DNA of 64,000 nucleotides from Lytechinus pictus (Eukaryota), in contig NC_087245.1 of NCBI RefSeq assembly GCF_037042905.1, forward strand, positions 38,318,001-38,382,000. The letters run 5' to 3'. This document shows positions 42,680 to 55,700 of the stretch, piece by piece. Made by a program: the position numbers and the translations under genes. The first letter of the stretch is position 1, and each line of letters begins with the position of its first letter. Under the pieces are notes generated by a model. That model saw only the letters and a program-made list of their open reading frames with translations. It ran no database searches and was not told where the DNA came from.

Positions 42680-43745
42680 CAAAAGATAATCCTCTGCTCT
42701 GACACCCATTGTGTCATAAAGATTTTACATAAAATATCACACATGAAAGATGCCTAATTACAATTTGGAATTGTAACTGATAAAAAAAAGTTTTTGTAAT
42801 AACGATGATGAAAATATTTTACATGCTTTTTGTTATTGTAACTGTTGGAATGAGATATGGTTGATGTTTGAACTCTGGATAATTTGTTATTCAAAGGAAA
42901 AATCACACTCACAAGTCAATACAAGTTTTTTTTTGTAGTAACAATAATGCGCTTAATTGCATTCTCATAGTCCTAAGATGAGAAAAATACTTATTGAATA
43001 TTGCCCGATCTGTAAATACTAGCACAGTGGAACAGGGGCTGAAGATAATATTTCTTCGTTGATGACCGTTGCTGGTGTTGGAATATCGGAAAAGACTACT
43101 TGCAAACAGTTAATGACTAATCAACGTATGAAAACTCATTGCTACCTTTTCCAAGTTGACCGAGATGATTTGACATTCTAAGTTCAATGAGGCCGACGGT
43201 GACCTTCAGATGACAGAACTGGATGAAGCGCGGAGCGAAGACGGTGTCGAACCTCATGGATGCTGCCAAGGCCATTGGGGTCAAAATGATGTCAGGGGTC
43301 GGTGGACTAAGAGGGTCTTGCATATCCAGCCTGAAAACATGATTAAATGTGATTTTTTAGGACACCGTAGCTATGAGGTTACAGGCATGAAAGAGATCAC
43401 GTGAACATGGACCTCTCCAACCAATCATATCCAGAGATTTATCCTGATCAAATATCAATTACATTAAGGCTTGTTTTTTGGTTCCAAATTCAGAGAAATG
43501 ATTGAGAATTTCAAAGTTGATAACAACATCATCATCATCAATCATCACAATCAAAGTCATGATCATCATTATCATCATCACAATCAATAACAAATACATG
43601 ATCATGATGATCATAATCATCCACCATCATCACCATCATTCATAATCATCACCAGCATATCAACCTCACCACCACCACCACAACCACCACCACCACCATC
43701 ATCACCATCATCATCATCATCATCGTCACTATCAACATCATCATC

Positions 43746-43777
<32 letters not shown>

Positions 43778-46700
43778 CATCATCACCATCACCATCACCA
43801 TCATCACCATCACCACCACCCCCACCACCACCACCACCATCATCACCATCACCACCACCACCACCACCACCCCCACCACCACCACCACCACCACCATCAT
43901 CACCATCATCACCATCACCACCACCCCCACCCCCACCACCACCACCACCATCATCACTATCATCACCACCACCACCCCCACCACCATCACCACCACCCCC
44001 ACCACCACCACCCCCACCCCCACCACCACCACCCCCACCCCCACCCCCACCACCATCACCACCATCATCACCATCATCACCACCACCACCCCCACCACCA
44101 TCACCACCACCCCCACCACCATCACCATCATCACCACCACCACCACCCCCACCACCACCACCATCATCACCACCACCACCACCACCACCACCATCATCAC
44201 CATCATCACCATTTCATACCTATCCACATTTGTATTAAGTACAACCCTCCATGTGCTATGTGCATCCATCTCCTCCACCAAGTCCCTACTCTCAATGATC
44301 TTCTGCTTCTTGTGGTACCGCTGGGTCTCTGAAACGAAGAACTCCCTAACTGTCCCAAAGCTCTGCCTCTGACTATTGAACGCCTGGAGAATACAAGGAA
44401 TCTGTAACAGGAATAGAAGATTTGATATACAAAATGAATGCGTAATCTCAGAACTGGTCTTAGTAATATTCAAGGTACAAGTTCTGTAATAATATAAATC
44501 CTTATATTTGATGTTCACAATTTAGGAACCTAAAAAAAAAAAAAAATTCAGTGTGGCATGTGTCTTGATTTGAGTAAATTTGAGTGAATCATATTCTGTA
44601 ATAACCTGCACCTGCGTGTTCTCATGTTGTTAGGTCTCTAGAAAAAATTTACACACATGATTTGTAGAATGAAAGAAGTTGTAAAGCATCATTATCTAGA
44701 TTCAATAGCTTGCATAAAGTCATTGCTATGTTTGCAGTTGAGATTTGCATGTTTGATTGATAATAAACACAAATCAGACTTGGTCGTCTAAGAAGTGGTT
44801 TGGGATAAAACAAATGGCAGCCGGGGGGGGGGGGGGGGGGGGGCATTTCCATTGACGAGTGGATACCATGCGCAACCATGGGATCTCGAAAAGCACCCTA
44901 AACAAGCATTTTCCATATTCTGAAAATGCACCCCTTAACAAGTATTGGCGTGTGAAACCCTACCCTTTACAAGTATTGGAAACAAAACGATACCCTTTGC
45001 AAGTATTCCCTGAATTGAACCCCTAAACAGGTACAGTGATATTTTAATTGTTATATGTCATGGACATCAGTTTTTCCTTTACCTACTTGTACATCATTCG
45101 GTTTAGTATGGCCCCACCTCCCATACCTCGTGCAAATCGGACTCTAAACACGTAGTGTTGACTATTGGGAGAAAAAGTATATCCTTTATAAAACATTTTA
45201 GTCTTTTTTATACCCTCGCAAATTTGACCCTAAACAAGTAGCTTTCCTAGCGAAATAGATACCCTTTTTTCATTATTCTAGTGTTTTTGACACCCTTATT
45301 TACGTAACATGCCCTATCTTGAAAAGACATCCTTTTTACGTGTTTTTTGGGTCGTGTCTGGTATCCACTCATCAATGTAAATGCCCCCCCCCCCCCCCCG
45401 CAATGGCAGCAAAAACATGTCAACATGAATCTTCTTCCTCAAATGCTCATCACATCTTTTCTCATCTTCTCCTTGTTACTAAACTTCTCACTCTTCTGCT
45501 CAAGTCATCAATCTCATCTAGTTTTCAGTCTTATCATAAGGACTTCAACTTATCTCACAAAAGTATACTTTTTCTCTCTCTCTCTCTCACCTGTAACTTT
45601 CAATTAACCTTCAATTCCACCGCTTCTGTTCTACCATTGAAGGCCCAAGATACACATGCTTCATGCCTCAAGCCTGCTATTTTTGTTAGCAATAATTATT
45701 GTTCACAATTATTCTTGTTTCTAGTTTTGTGGTCAAGCTGCCTTTTAGGTGTACTCAGTCCAGTTCGCCAATAACAAATGGTGAGCATATACACATACGG
45801 CAATCTGCCTTTCGACGTTTGTGTATCTTGGGCCCAACTTCCCTTTTCATGACCAACTGCATGGTGAACCTAAATCCTCTTCGAGGTTAAAAGCTAAATG
45901 TTTGGTGTGGTATGCTAACATAAGGGATGTTAATATTGAATGAAGAAGAATAAAACATTGGCCCATATTCAGAAGTCGGGTTTAATTTAAACTCTGGTCT
46001 AAAGTTGTGGTTCAACTATGGAATGCCAATTGTGATACAAATCTTTACCAAATACAGGATTGATTTATCAGTTCATCTGTTAATCAGGTCATTCATAAAT
46101 GTCTGGGAATAATAACTGAACCAGTTTTCTTCATCATTGTAGCATGACTGAAAGTGCACAGTGAACATAAGAAACATACAATGTTTTAAAAAATTGTTGA
46201 CATTTTTGCTTCTTATAATTTAAGGACAGAGTTAAAATATGGGCTACGTTAATCCTGACTGCAGAATACAGATCAAACATTTCAGATATATAATACCTTG
46301 CTGGTCCTTCCAAATGGCCTGACATCGGGGTTTGAGATTGGTACGGGGGTGATGGTCAAGCCAACGTCCATTCTCGGTTCAGGGTAGGTCCATACCATGG
46401 TACCCCAATGGCCACCTTCCTGGGAGGGTGGGGTGAAGTAGATCTGATTGGGGAGGGGTATCTCATCTTCGGTATGTCCTGGAGGATGGATAAGAGAATA
46501 TGATACGAGGGTGGGGTGAAGTAGATCTGATTGGGGAGGGGTACCTCATCTTTGGTATGTCCTGGAGGATGGATAAGAGAATATGATATGAGGGTGGGGT
46601 GAAGTAGATCTGATTGGGGAGGGGTACCTCATCTTTCGTATGTCCTGGAGGATGGATAAAAGAATATGTGAGGGTGGGGTGAAGTAGATCTGATTGGGGA

Positions 46701-49700
46701 GGGGTATCTCATCTTCGGTATGTCCTGGAGGATGGATAAGAGATTATGATATGAAGGTGGGGTGAAGTAGATCTGATTGGGGAGGGGTATCTCATCTTCA
46801 GTATGTCCTGGAGGATGGATAAGAGAATATATGAGGGTGGGGTATCTCATCTTCAGTATGTCCTAGAGGATGAATAAGAGATTATGATATGAAGGTGGGG
46901 TGAAGTAGATCTGATTGGGGAGGGGTATCTCATCTTCGGTATGTCCTGGAGGATGGATAAGAGAATATGATATGAGGGTGGGGTGAAGTAGATCTGATTG
47001 GGGAGGGGTATCTCATCTTCAGTATGTCCTGGAGGATGGATAAGAGAATATGATATGAGGGTGGGGTGAAGTAGATCTGATTGGGGAGGGGTATCTCATC
47101 TTCAGTATGTCCTGGAGGATGGATAAGAGAATATGATATGAGGGTGGGGTGAAGTAGATCTGATTGGGGAGGGGTACCTCATCTTTGGTATGTCCTGGAG
47201 GATGGATAAAAGAATATATGAGGGTGGTGTGAAGTAGATCTGATTGGGGAGGGGTATCTCATCTTCAGTATGTCCTGGAGGATGGATAAGAGAATATGAT
47301 ATGAGGGTGGGGTGAAGTAGATCTGATTGAGGAGGGGTACCTCATCTTTGGTATGTCCTGGAGGATGGATAAAAGAATATATGAGGGTGGGGTGAAGTAG
47401 ATCTGATTGGGGAGGGGTATCTCATCTTTGGTGTGTCCTGGAGAATGGATAAGAGAATATGATATGAGGGTGGGGTGAAGTAGACCTGATTGGGGAGGGG
47501 TACCTCATCTTTGGTATGTCCTGGAGGATGGATAAGAGATTATGATATGAGGGTGGGGTGAAGTAGATCTGATTGGGGAGGGGAATCTCATCTTTGGTAT
47601 GTCCTGGAGGATGGATAAGAGAATATGATATGAGGGTGGGGTGAAGTAGATCTGATTGGGGAGGGGTATCTCATCTTCAGTATGTCCTGGAGGATGGATA
47701 AGAGAATATGATATGAGGGTGGGGTGAAGTAGATCTGATTGGGGAGGGGAACCTCATCTTTGGTATGTCCTGGAGGATGGATAAAAGAATATATGAGGGT
47801 GGTGTGAAGTAGATCTGATTGGGGAGGGGTATCTCATCTTCAGTATGTCCTGGAGGATGGATAAGAGAATATGATATGAGGGTGGGGTGAAGTAGATCTG
47901 ATTGAGGAGGGGTACCTCATCTTTGGTATGTCCTGGAGGATGGATAAAAGAATATATGAGGGTGGGGTGAAGTAGACCTGATTGGGGAGGGGTACCTCAT
48001 CTTTGGTATGTCCTGGAGGATGGATAAGAGATTATGATATGAGGGTGGGGTGAAGTAGATCTGATTGGGGAGGGGAATCTCATCTTTGGTATGTCCTGGA
48101 GGATGGATAAGAGAATATGATATGAGGGTGGGGTGAAGTAGATCTGATTGGGGAGGGGTATCTCATCTTCAGTATGTCCTGGAGGATGGATAAGAGAATG
48201 TTTGAGGGTGGGGTGAAGTAGATATGATTGGGGAGGGGTATCTCATCTTTGGTATGTCCTGGAGGATGGATAAGAGAATATGATACGAGGGTGGGGTGAA
48301 GTAGATCTGATTGGAGAGGGGTATCTTATCTTCTGTATGTCCTGGAGGATGGATAAGAGAATATGATATGAGGGTGGGGTGAAGTAGATCTGATTGGGGA
48401 GGGGTACCTCATCTTTGGTATGTCCTGGAGGATGGATAAAAGAATATATGAGGGTGGGGTGCAGTAGATCTAATTGGGGAGGGGTATCTCATCTTTGGTG
48501 TGTCCTGGAGGATGGATAAGAGAATATGATATGAGGGTGGGGTGAAGTAGATCTGATTGGGGAGGGGTATCTCATCTTCAGTATGTCCTGGAGGATGGAT
48601 AAGAGAATAAGATATGAGGGTGGGGGGAAGTAGATCTGATTGGGGAGGGGTACCTCATCTTTGGTATGTCCTGGAGGATGGATAAAAGAATATATGAGGG
48701 TGGGGTGAAGTAGATCTGATTGGGGAGGGGTATATCATCTTTGGTGTGTCCTGGAGGATGGATAAGAGAATATGATATGAGGGTGGGGTGAAGTAGATCT
48801 GATTGGGGAGGGGTATCTCATCTTCAGTATGTCCTGGAGGATGGATAAGAGAATATATGAGGGTGGGGTGAAGTAGATCTGATTGGGGAGGGGTATCTCA
48901 TCTTTGGTGTGTCCTGGAGGATGGATAACAGAATGTTTGAGGGTGGGGTGAAGTAGATCTGATTAGGGAGGGGTATCTCATCTTTGGTATGTCCTCGAGG
49001 ATGGATAAGAGAATATGATATGAGGGTGGGGTGAAGTAGATCTGATTGGGGAGGGGTATCTCATCTTCAGTATGTCCTGGAGGATGGATAACAGAATGTT
49101 TGAGGGTGGGGTGAAGTAGATCTGATTGGGGAGGGGTATCTCATCTTCGGTGTGTCCTGGAGGATGGATAAGAGAATATAATATGAGGGTGGGGTGAAGT
49201 AGATCTGATTGGGGAGGGGTATCTCATCTTCGGTATGTCCTGGAGGATGGATAAGAGAATATGATATGAGGGTGGGGTGAAGAAGATCTGATTGGGGAGG
49301 GGTATCTCATCTTCTGTATGTCCTGGAGGATGGATAAGAGAATATAATATGAGGGTGGGGTGAAGTAGATCTGATTGGGGAGGGGTATCTCATCTTCTGT
49401 ATGTCCTGGAGGATGGATAAGAGAATATGATATGAGGGTGGGGTGAAGTATATCTGATTGAAGAGGGGTATCTTATCATCTGTATGTCCTGGAGGATGGA
49501 CATTAAAGAGAATATGATTCAATTTAGAGCATCGTTATCATCAACTGTCACCACCACCACCTTCTCTAATCACCAGTTCGTCTATGACCATTTGTCTCAT
49601 AACCAGTTGGTCTAATACCCATTCCATTTTCATTCATTTCACCTGATGAACACTTAGTCCTATTAGGCCAAATGGTATATTGTTATGTAGTATGTATTTA

Positions 49701-52700
49701 ACTTCCTGTTATCCTTTCAGTCATTCACCCTCACTTGTTTACAAACTCCCCAAATTTCATCTCAAGAATCCCAAAACCCCCAATATCATTTAACTCCTAA
49801 ACCTTGACCATAAAAATATCAACCCTCAGTGACGTCAGCTAACTTCAAGGAACAAAAGTTCTAAGAAGTATGACTCACACTTACAGCCCCAGTTACTTGC
49901 ATAGAGCATCACCACACCCCTTATACCAGAGAAAGTTTGATAGACAGTTACCTGTAGAACAATCAGATCAAGTTTAGATCACTACCACCTTAAATTGTTA
50001 CACCCCAAAACTAATGATATAAATAAGACTTCTTGATTATTAGGAATATATACAATAGAAGACTAGACCACTCATCCAGATAGACTGACTGACTTCAAGA
50101 CTTAGACGTCCATCAAATATTATCTGAACTTCACAATCTCAATCTTATACTATTATTTTGAGTCATCTCTTGTTATATCCGAATATTCATGTACTTTAAA
50201 CTGTAAACTGTAACTGATGATTAAATACCTTGTGATTTTGAACTGTATAACTTTCTCCAAAGTTTCTTCATTATGCTTCCCTTATTATAACCACCGATCC
50301 CAACACGACAATATGGACTAAATGGCAATCAGACCATGTGGATAGTGGACAAATTGATGGTACACCAAATGATAGGAGACGAGTTGGCAATTAGATGAAT
50401 TGGCATTAGACCAATTAAAAATAAACCACCACAGCATCATTACAAGCTAAAATACCCAACATATCACCAAGGCTTCACCCCCCTTTTACCTTCAGTGAAA
50501 TATTCAAACGCTCCAGTCCTGAGGTCATCTTTGTATTCTATCTGAGTCACTCCTTCTGGTGGTGGTTCTTCATCATCCTCCTCAACGTCCTCCCAGTTTT
50601 CTTCTCCGTCATCGTCACTGACATCATAATCCTCCTCATCTTCAGAGTATAAAGGGCCATCGATGGGTGGCAGGGCAGCGGAGGGATGAATTTTGAACTT
50701 GAATTTCTGAAATTAAGAATGAAAGATGGGTAAAGTTCTGCACAGTTTGAATGATACTTTTTTTCTTCAAATCCCCACGTGTAAAACAATTTTTTTTTCT
50801 AGATTGAGCAATTGACTGCACAGTCCCAAAATTGTGAAATAACCTGCCTTTTGAAATTAGAATATTTCCATTAGTAGAAACATTCAAAATTAGACTAAAG
50901 ACCTCTCTTTTTTGTTTATTTCCAAACACTTTTTTGTCCTTTTCGTTTAATTTGGTTTTCAAAGCATTTTCAAGAGCTCTTACAGCGGAGAAGAATATTT
51001 GCACATAGCTTTTTGCGCTATATGAAATAAACTTTCATGTCTCGCCCAGCTTTAGAGACCAAATTTGCAACACCTGGGTATGCGGTTATGAAATTACACA
51101 AGTACGTCATAGTCAGACCCAGATATGCTAAAAAATGTGATACCAAGTACGAAGTCAATACAAAATGTGTTGCCTTCCTGCCCATGCCATTACCGCAACA
51201 TTGCCATTCTTCCTCTCAGGATCTGCCGTAGATAGGCCAGGACATGTTGCTATGCAAGAAGAGGGGTGGGGGCACATGTAGGTCTAATTATCTCATAAAT
51301 AATAAAATTAGGTAAGATTAGGTTTTTTCTGACCTTGGCAGGGACCACCCGTTTCTTCTCCCTTCCCTTTCCACCTTCAGCGAGCACAGCGTTCATCTGA
51401 TCGATCACTCTCTTCAGACAGTTCAAATTCTCCTGCCCAAACGAGATAGGGACGCTCTTGACGTTGAGGTCAGCATAGATCCTTGGGAGGAAGGGACTCA
51501 GCTCGCTGGCACTGTGAGGCTCGTGATTGGTCCGTAGCTGGAGGTCAAAGGTCACAGGTCCCAGCAGAGGCTCGGTGCATTGTTGAAGGGACGTCTTCAG
51601 GGTGAAGTCGTAGACTTGGACGGCACTGTCTGCTTGGAAGAGCTCCTCTAAATGACAATATACATATTCAAGAAGGTGAGATTGGATCATTTTTCTTATT
51701 CACATTCAAAATAACAATTATTTACAGGACATACATGTACATCAAATGAATAGCTGTTTGCAAAAGTTAATACCATAAATGGAAAATTGAAAATAAAACT
51801 GTCCACATGGAAGAGCTCATCTAAATGACAATATACATTCAGGAAGATGTGATAAGATTTTTCTTATTCAAATTCAAAATAACGACTTTATTGACAGGAC
51901 ATACATCACATGATTATCTGTTAACAAAAGTTAACAAATAACCATCAAGGGAGAATTGAACAAAATTATACCGTCTCCTCTAAAACTACAATGACAATAT
52001 ACAGTCAACAAGATAAGATAAGATTTTTTTTCAATCACATAAAAAAAATAATTATTGGCCTCCACTGACAGAATATGCATCAAATATATCTGTTCACAGA
52101 AGTTAACAAATACCATAAAAGAGGAGAATTAAATAAAATATCAGCGACATTTATTCAAAATGGCCTATCAAAGAATGTGGAGTGGTGTAGTATTGTCGAC
52201 CAACAAGGAAAATGGACTACATCAAATATATTCTGGGTCCTGGTGGATTGGATAAGATTCATAAGACTTTGCCAAGTTTATTTTTACCTGTTTTTTGATT
52301 GACCACAAATTCTGAATCAAAACATATTCCTCCTACTGATGTCACAATGTGAGGAAAGTCTGGGTCAGGGGTCGTTGCTATGACAACTACCATCTGACTG
52401 GTTACAACGATGGCGGACTGGAAGTGCGAAAGCATCATGAGGTTTTGAAGGACTCCCTCTGGAGGTGCGGAACTCTTTGGTTTTCTTGTCTTTTCTCGCT
52501 GGCTGGTTTGTTGTCCTGTACAGAGAACAAACCCTAAAATTAGAAGTATATTTCACAATATTGTTTGGAGCATTCTGCATCCAAAAATTGCAAAAATTAG
52601 AGACTGACAAAATAATAGCTAAATTTAATACAGGCATCTTTCTAATGACAAAAGTACTCTATATGAATATAAAATATATTATCAATCTTTTATAAGTTAG

Positions 52701-55700
52701 ACCATGACAATTGATGCGTTCAAGAGCAACAAAATATAGTAGTATTGCTTGTGTCTCTTATTTTTATTATCAGCCATAAGAAACCAAGAAGCATCTTATT
52801 CACAATTTATTTATGTTTTCCAATAAAAGGGTATCAAAATCTATATGGGGGCCTATGGCAGTATAAATGATGTGGAAGAGTTTCTTGGATTTTAGAACCC
52901 CTTTTAATAAATGTATGCACCAACAGTCATAAGAGCCAACTGAACTTATTCCAACGGTTCAACAACTTAGTTATCCAGAGAGACTCCAAGCACTTAAACT
53001 ACCAACACTTGAATATCAGAGACAAAGAGCCGATCAAACTCAACTGTTTAAAATCATGAGTGGGAGAGAAGATATTCAAAAGGAAAGCTTATTTTCTAGG
53101 AGTAAGGAAAGCAGACCAAGAGGTCATATCTTCAACGTTGATAAACCACATTTCAAGACAATTATTAGGTTCCTTGCTTTTCGGTCCTTAATAGCTGGAA
53201 CACGCCACCACCTGTAGCACTACAAGCAACATCTATGAATAGTTTTAGATCTCATCTTGAAAAGTATCATGATTGCCTCATTTTTCTTTTTCCTCCATAA
53301 ATAACTTTTTTCTTAAATTTGGGTAGGATTCCCCTTTAATGCCATCATACCTGGCAGACTGATGCCTACAGACTTCTCCCCAGACCTAGGCGTCGTCATG
53401 AGTTTGATTTCCTTCACCTCACGCGGCACCTTAGAGATTTCCTGACTCCTGATCGGTTGCAGTCGCTTTGCAAACTCCCTCGCCTGCTGGACCTTGGTCA
53501 GGCTGAAGTTCACCTTCAGGGGCCGAGCGATCTCCATTTTGATCACAGCTGGGAGGGGAAGGATGTAGAATGTGTACACTTTAAATACTTGAACTGTAAC
53601 AATCTGTTATCTCAACCAAAATATCATCATCTAATGCATTATACTGTGTGAGCCATTAGGCCATCATGCCTGTTTACCATTCTATATCAATTTTGTCTAA
53701 TATCCGTTAGTGTTTTACACCCCATAATCTACTACATGAATTATTTATGGACCACATTTCATAGGACAAAAAGGAAAATATCAAGTAGAAAAAGTGGAAA
53801 TTAGACCAACCAAGCATTAGACAAAATGGCAATTAGACTAGGTGGGGGCGTCGTGGTCTAGTGGTTATGACTCTCATTTTTCAATCTGAGGGACGTGGGT
53901 TCGAGGGCCCAGCCATGGCGTGTTTCCTTCAGCAGGAAATTTATCCACATTGTGCTGCACTCAACCCAGGTGAGGTGAATGGGTACCCACTAGGAAGAAA
54001 TTCCCTGAATGCTTCAGCGCCTATACAGCAGCACAACTAAAGCCGGGGTAATCATAGCAGCACTTTGTATCCTCAGGCAAAAAGAGCTTTATAAATTCAG
54101 TTATTATTATTATTATAGACCAAGTGCAGTTTAGACCGAATGGCTTGTATTCTGAAGTCGGGCTTAACTTAGACCATGGTCTAACTCTGTGCTAAAATTA
54201 TGAGCCAAATATTAAAAAATTCTGCTTCTATTGTATATTTCTTATGTTATGTTTTGTTTTCGTAATGGAGAAAAATACATCAAAATACTTAATTTATCAT
54301 TCCCAAACAATTATGAACGATTTGGGTGCCATATGAGTTAATAGATTGGATGTGTACTTATAGGAATTTGTGCCCCAATTGGCTCTCCAGAGTTAAACCA
54401 CAACATTAAAACCAGGGTTTAATCTAAACCCCGAGTTCAGAATACGGGCCAATGGGTTAAACCATGTGGTATTAGACAATCTGAGTAGTTGCAATGAGTA
54501 GTTGACCTACTGCTTACAGACCAAAGTATTGATCCCTGAGTTGTTAATTTTACTGTAATCTACTATGGCACCCAGTCATCTACATATATCTCGTAGGGAC
54601 AATTTCAATGCCATTCTTAAACCCCGCTATTCATTCATACACTGATAAAATATGACCAGCCACCCCAAAACAAAAATAAGTGTCAAGGGAGAGTTCTCTG
54701 GAGAGAGCCAAAATAGAAATACGGTCTTCCAAAAGTAAAAAAAAAGAAGCTTATCTGACAGACTAGTTCCTCTTCTTTATACTCTAAAAGTTTTAAGATG
54801 TAAAGTTGAATAGAAAAAAAGTCCATGGCTGGACTGCTTAGATGATTCACCAAGATTACACAGTGTGCAAACCTTATGCTTGAGCAAACCCCAAACTTCA
54901 AATCATGTTTTCTCCTTATTTTTTGAAGCTTTCTCTTTAATTAATTCTGCATTCGATTAAGTACTTGTGAGGGATGTTGTTTATCAATTTTGACAAGTTA
55001 CATACCATTTTAAAGCTTAGGATGTGAATTTTCAAGCTAAATGCAAATCTCTAAATTTCATTTTTGGGTGACTAATTGTTGGTTTTGGGGTGATTGGTCA
55101 AAATGAGATTGGTAACAATGCTGTGTGACTTACCTGCACTCTGCATCATGAAGTCTGTGACAGTGAATGTGAAGAGAGCAGGTTTTACACCGGTCTTTGG
55201 ATCAGCTACACCTTGACATGTTTGAAACCAGGGAATAGGGTAGTCCATGGCTTGAGGCACACTGTGATCTGTCAACACACAATATTCAATACACAAAATG
55301 GAGAAATCATTTCTGACTTGACTGTTAAGTTTACTATCTTTTTGAATTAGACTATATAAATTTGAGCAGATTGTAGCCTTCCTTTCATAATGATATGCAC
55401 TGTAAGTTAAAACCACCATTATTATCATTATCATTATTCACATCATCACCACCATCATCATCATCATCATCATCAATATCATTATCCATATTATCATCAT
55501 CATAAATAATAATAATAATCATTATTATTATCTGCCTAAAAGCTACCATAGCGGGAATCAACAATATGTTTATTCCGTCAACAATTTGATGAAAAGTATT
55601 TACCATATATCATCTTCTTTTACTTTTTATTTTCATTATTATTATTATGCTACCTGAAGATGTGCCTATTTTCGGGGAAGTTCCGCCTTGAAGATAAGTT

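Noticed and set aside
43649..44518. 289-aa ORF as an independent gene
   Set aside because: It is one VPS13B exon plus microsatellite read-through.
46424..49519. CRISPR-like array or coding repeat
   Set aside because: There are no unique spacers and the context is a eukaryotic intron. The unit length is not a multiple of 3 and one frame carries a stop, so it cannot be a long coding repeat.
50642..51004. 120-aa minus-strand ORF as an extra exon
   Set aside because: The plus strand reads as a decayed L2-like 3' end (PKL*NNLPFEIR..FKIRLKT); VPS13B splices in phase without it.
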